A DNA stretch of 64,000 nucleotides from Dudresnaya verticillata (taxonomy: Eukaryota), in contig OZ374564.1 of assembly GCA_977862235.1 (NCBI GenBank), positions 2,356,001-2,420,000 of the forward strand, in the 5' to 3' direction. This document shows, one piece after another, positions 62,630 through 64,000 of this stretch. The notes under the pieces are model-generated. The model did not search any database, had not been told where the DNA came from, and worked only from the letters and a program-made list of their open reading frames with translations. The first letter of the stretch is position 1; every line of letters starts with the position of its first letter. A program made the translations under genes and the position numbers.

Positions 62630-64000
62630 GAGGCCCCTAGGTGTATATCCAATGTTCGCAGAACGCTTTCGCCACTGTATAAGCCTTTACCGTTTTCAAC
62701 GGTATAGCTCTAGTAAGCTTTGAAAAGCGATCTGTCATCACGAGAAGATACTCGTTGCCCCTACCCGATCCAGGTAGCGGTCGTAGGATGTCAATCCCCA
62801 CGAATTCTAACGGCATGGTAGCCGGAAACAACTTCATATTTGAAGCGTGTTGTCGCAGTTGGGCCCGTTGCTGGGCCCATTTGACACAGTTCCGAGCTGT
62901 AGCTTACACCGCGAAAGCCATGCCAGGCCAGAATACCTGTAGACGTAAGTTATGATACATCCTTGTCGCACCGGGGTGATCGACCATCTCCGGGTAGTGC
63001 GCGAGATGCAGGACCCGTTCTTGGAGAACTCTAGGTATCACTACCTGTAGTGTCTTGTCTATGTACGACCGTCGGACTAGCAGTCCTTGTTCATCTTCCA
63101 GATAGCAACCTGGTTTTCCAGATTCGATGGCGAGTTTGATACCCATACAGAATTGATCGGTTCGGTGAGAGCGAAGAATTTCCTCCACGGTGAGCAGAAA
63201 AAGACTCTTTTCGTCCACTTCTTCCTCAGCAACGTTGGCTATTAGTTGTTCATCCTCGAGTTGCGACTCGACTGAGTCGTTCTCGGGTTCCACCTCCCAG
63301 ACCTCCAGGGGTTTGGATGTGGCTTCCGTTCGCGAATCTCTGTCAGCCGAAAGGTCGCGAAGATGAGTCCGATCGCAGTCAGCGATTACGAAGCAAGGAA
63401 TCTCCAGATCTGGTTCCCAGTTGGTGAAACCAAAGGTAGGTAATCGCGAGACGGCATCAGCTATCTGATTCTTCTTTCCCTTACGGTATTGAAGCGTGAA
63501 GTTGTGTTCGAGGAGTCGCAAGCGCCAACGCGCTAATCGTCCGGATGCATCCGTCATATGCATCATCCAATTAAGCGCCTGGTGGTCCGTCTACAAGTCA
63601 AAATGCGACCTTTACAAATATGGCCTGAACATTTGGGTGCCCCAGACCACCGCGAGGCATTCCTTCTCGCCGACAGAGTAATTTCGTTATGCCTGGATCA
63701 GGCCTCGGCTCCAAAACCCGATATGGTGACGTGCTACATCTGGTTCTATTTGCACCAGGGCACACCCTATCTGATAGTTACAAGCATCGGTATCCACCGA
63801 TTGAGTTATATCTTCTTTTGTAAGTCGAAGAATAGGTGATGCTACTAGCGCCTTCTTGAATAATCCGAACGCTTCGCGTTGTTGCTCGTCGAATGGCGGT
63901 AGTTCAAATCCAACATCCTTCTGTAGAAGGCTATTAAGGGGTGACGCGACGCGTGCGAAGTTCGGCGCAAAGCGTCTATAGACGTCACATAGTCCAATAA
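62630..64000 (-). pseudogene. pol: Gypsy pol: RT end, RNase H and integrase N-terminal half (right half of the interrupted element)
   Basis: GRLARWRLRLLE, NQIADAVSR, H....HPG...MY...FWPGM, EFVGIDIL, MTDRFSKLTRAIPL, HWIYT*GP. Confidence 0.93.

Overview
Transposon-dense eukaryotic DNA, probably from a red alga of the Chondrus/Gracilaria type (inferred from the near-absence of introns and the gene and TE families present). From left to right: (1) 3' half of a Ty1/Copia element whose pol carries a Tudor-like domain between integrase and RT; (2) an 84-bp hairpin and a head-to-head pair of unknown paralogous ORFs; (3) one intact secreted YfaP/DUF2135-like gene; (4) a nest of Gypsy remnants, including a solo LTR with a perfect CCAAG TSD; (5) the main result, a ~38-kb DNA transposon (24549-62629) with ~550-bp terminal inverted repeats and a 4-bp GAGG TSD. 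It splits the integrase of an older minus-strand chromovirus, and removing it rejoins the integrase in frame. The element encodes a decayed Sola-like DDD transposase and a ParB-like + DPPY amino-DNA-methyltransferase. It carries apparently captured host-gene pieces (IDI, ETF-QO, a TIR domain, a Cys-rich repeat) and a nested full-length 13.2-kb chromovirus (41003-54208) with an extra antisense ORF. All family assignments come from motif recognition by eye, not database searches.
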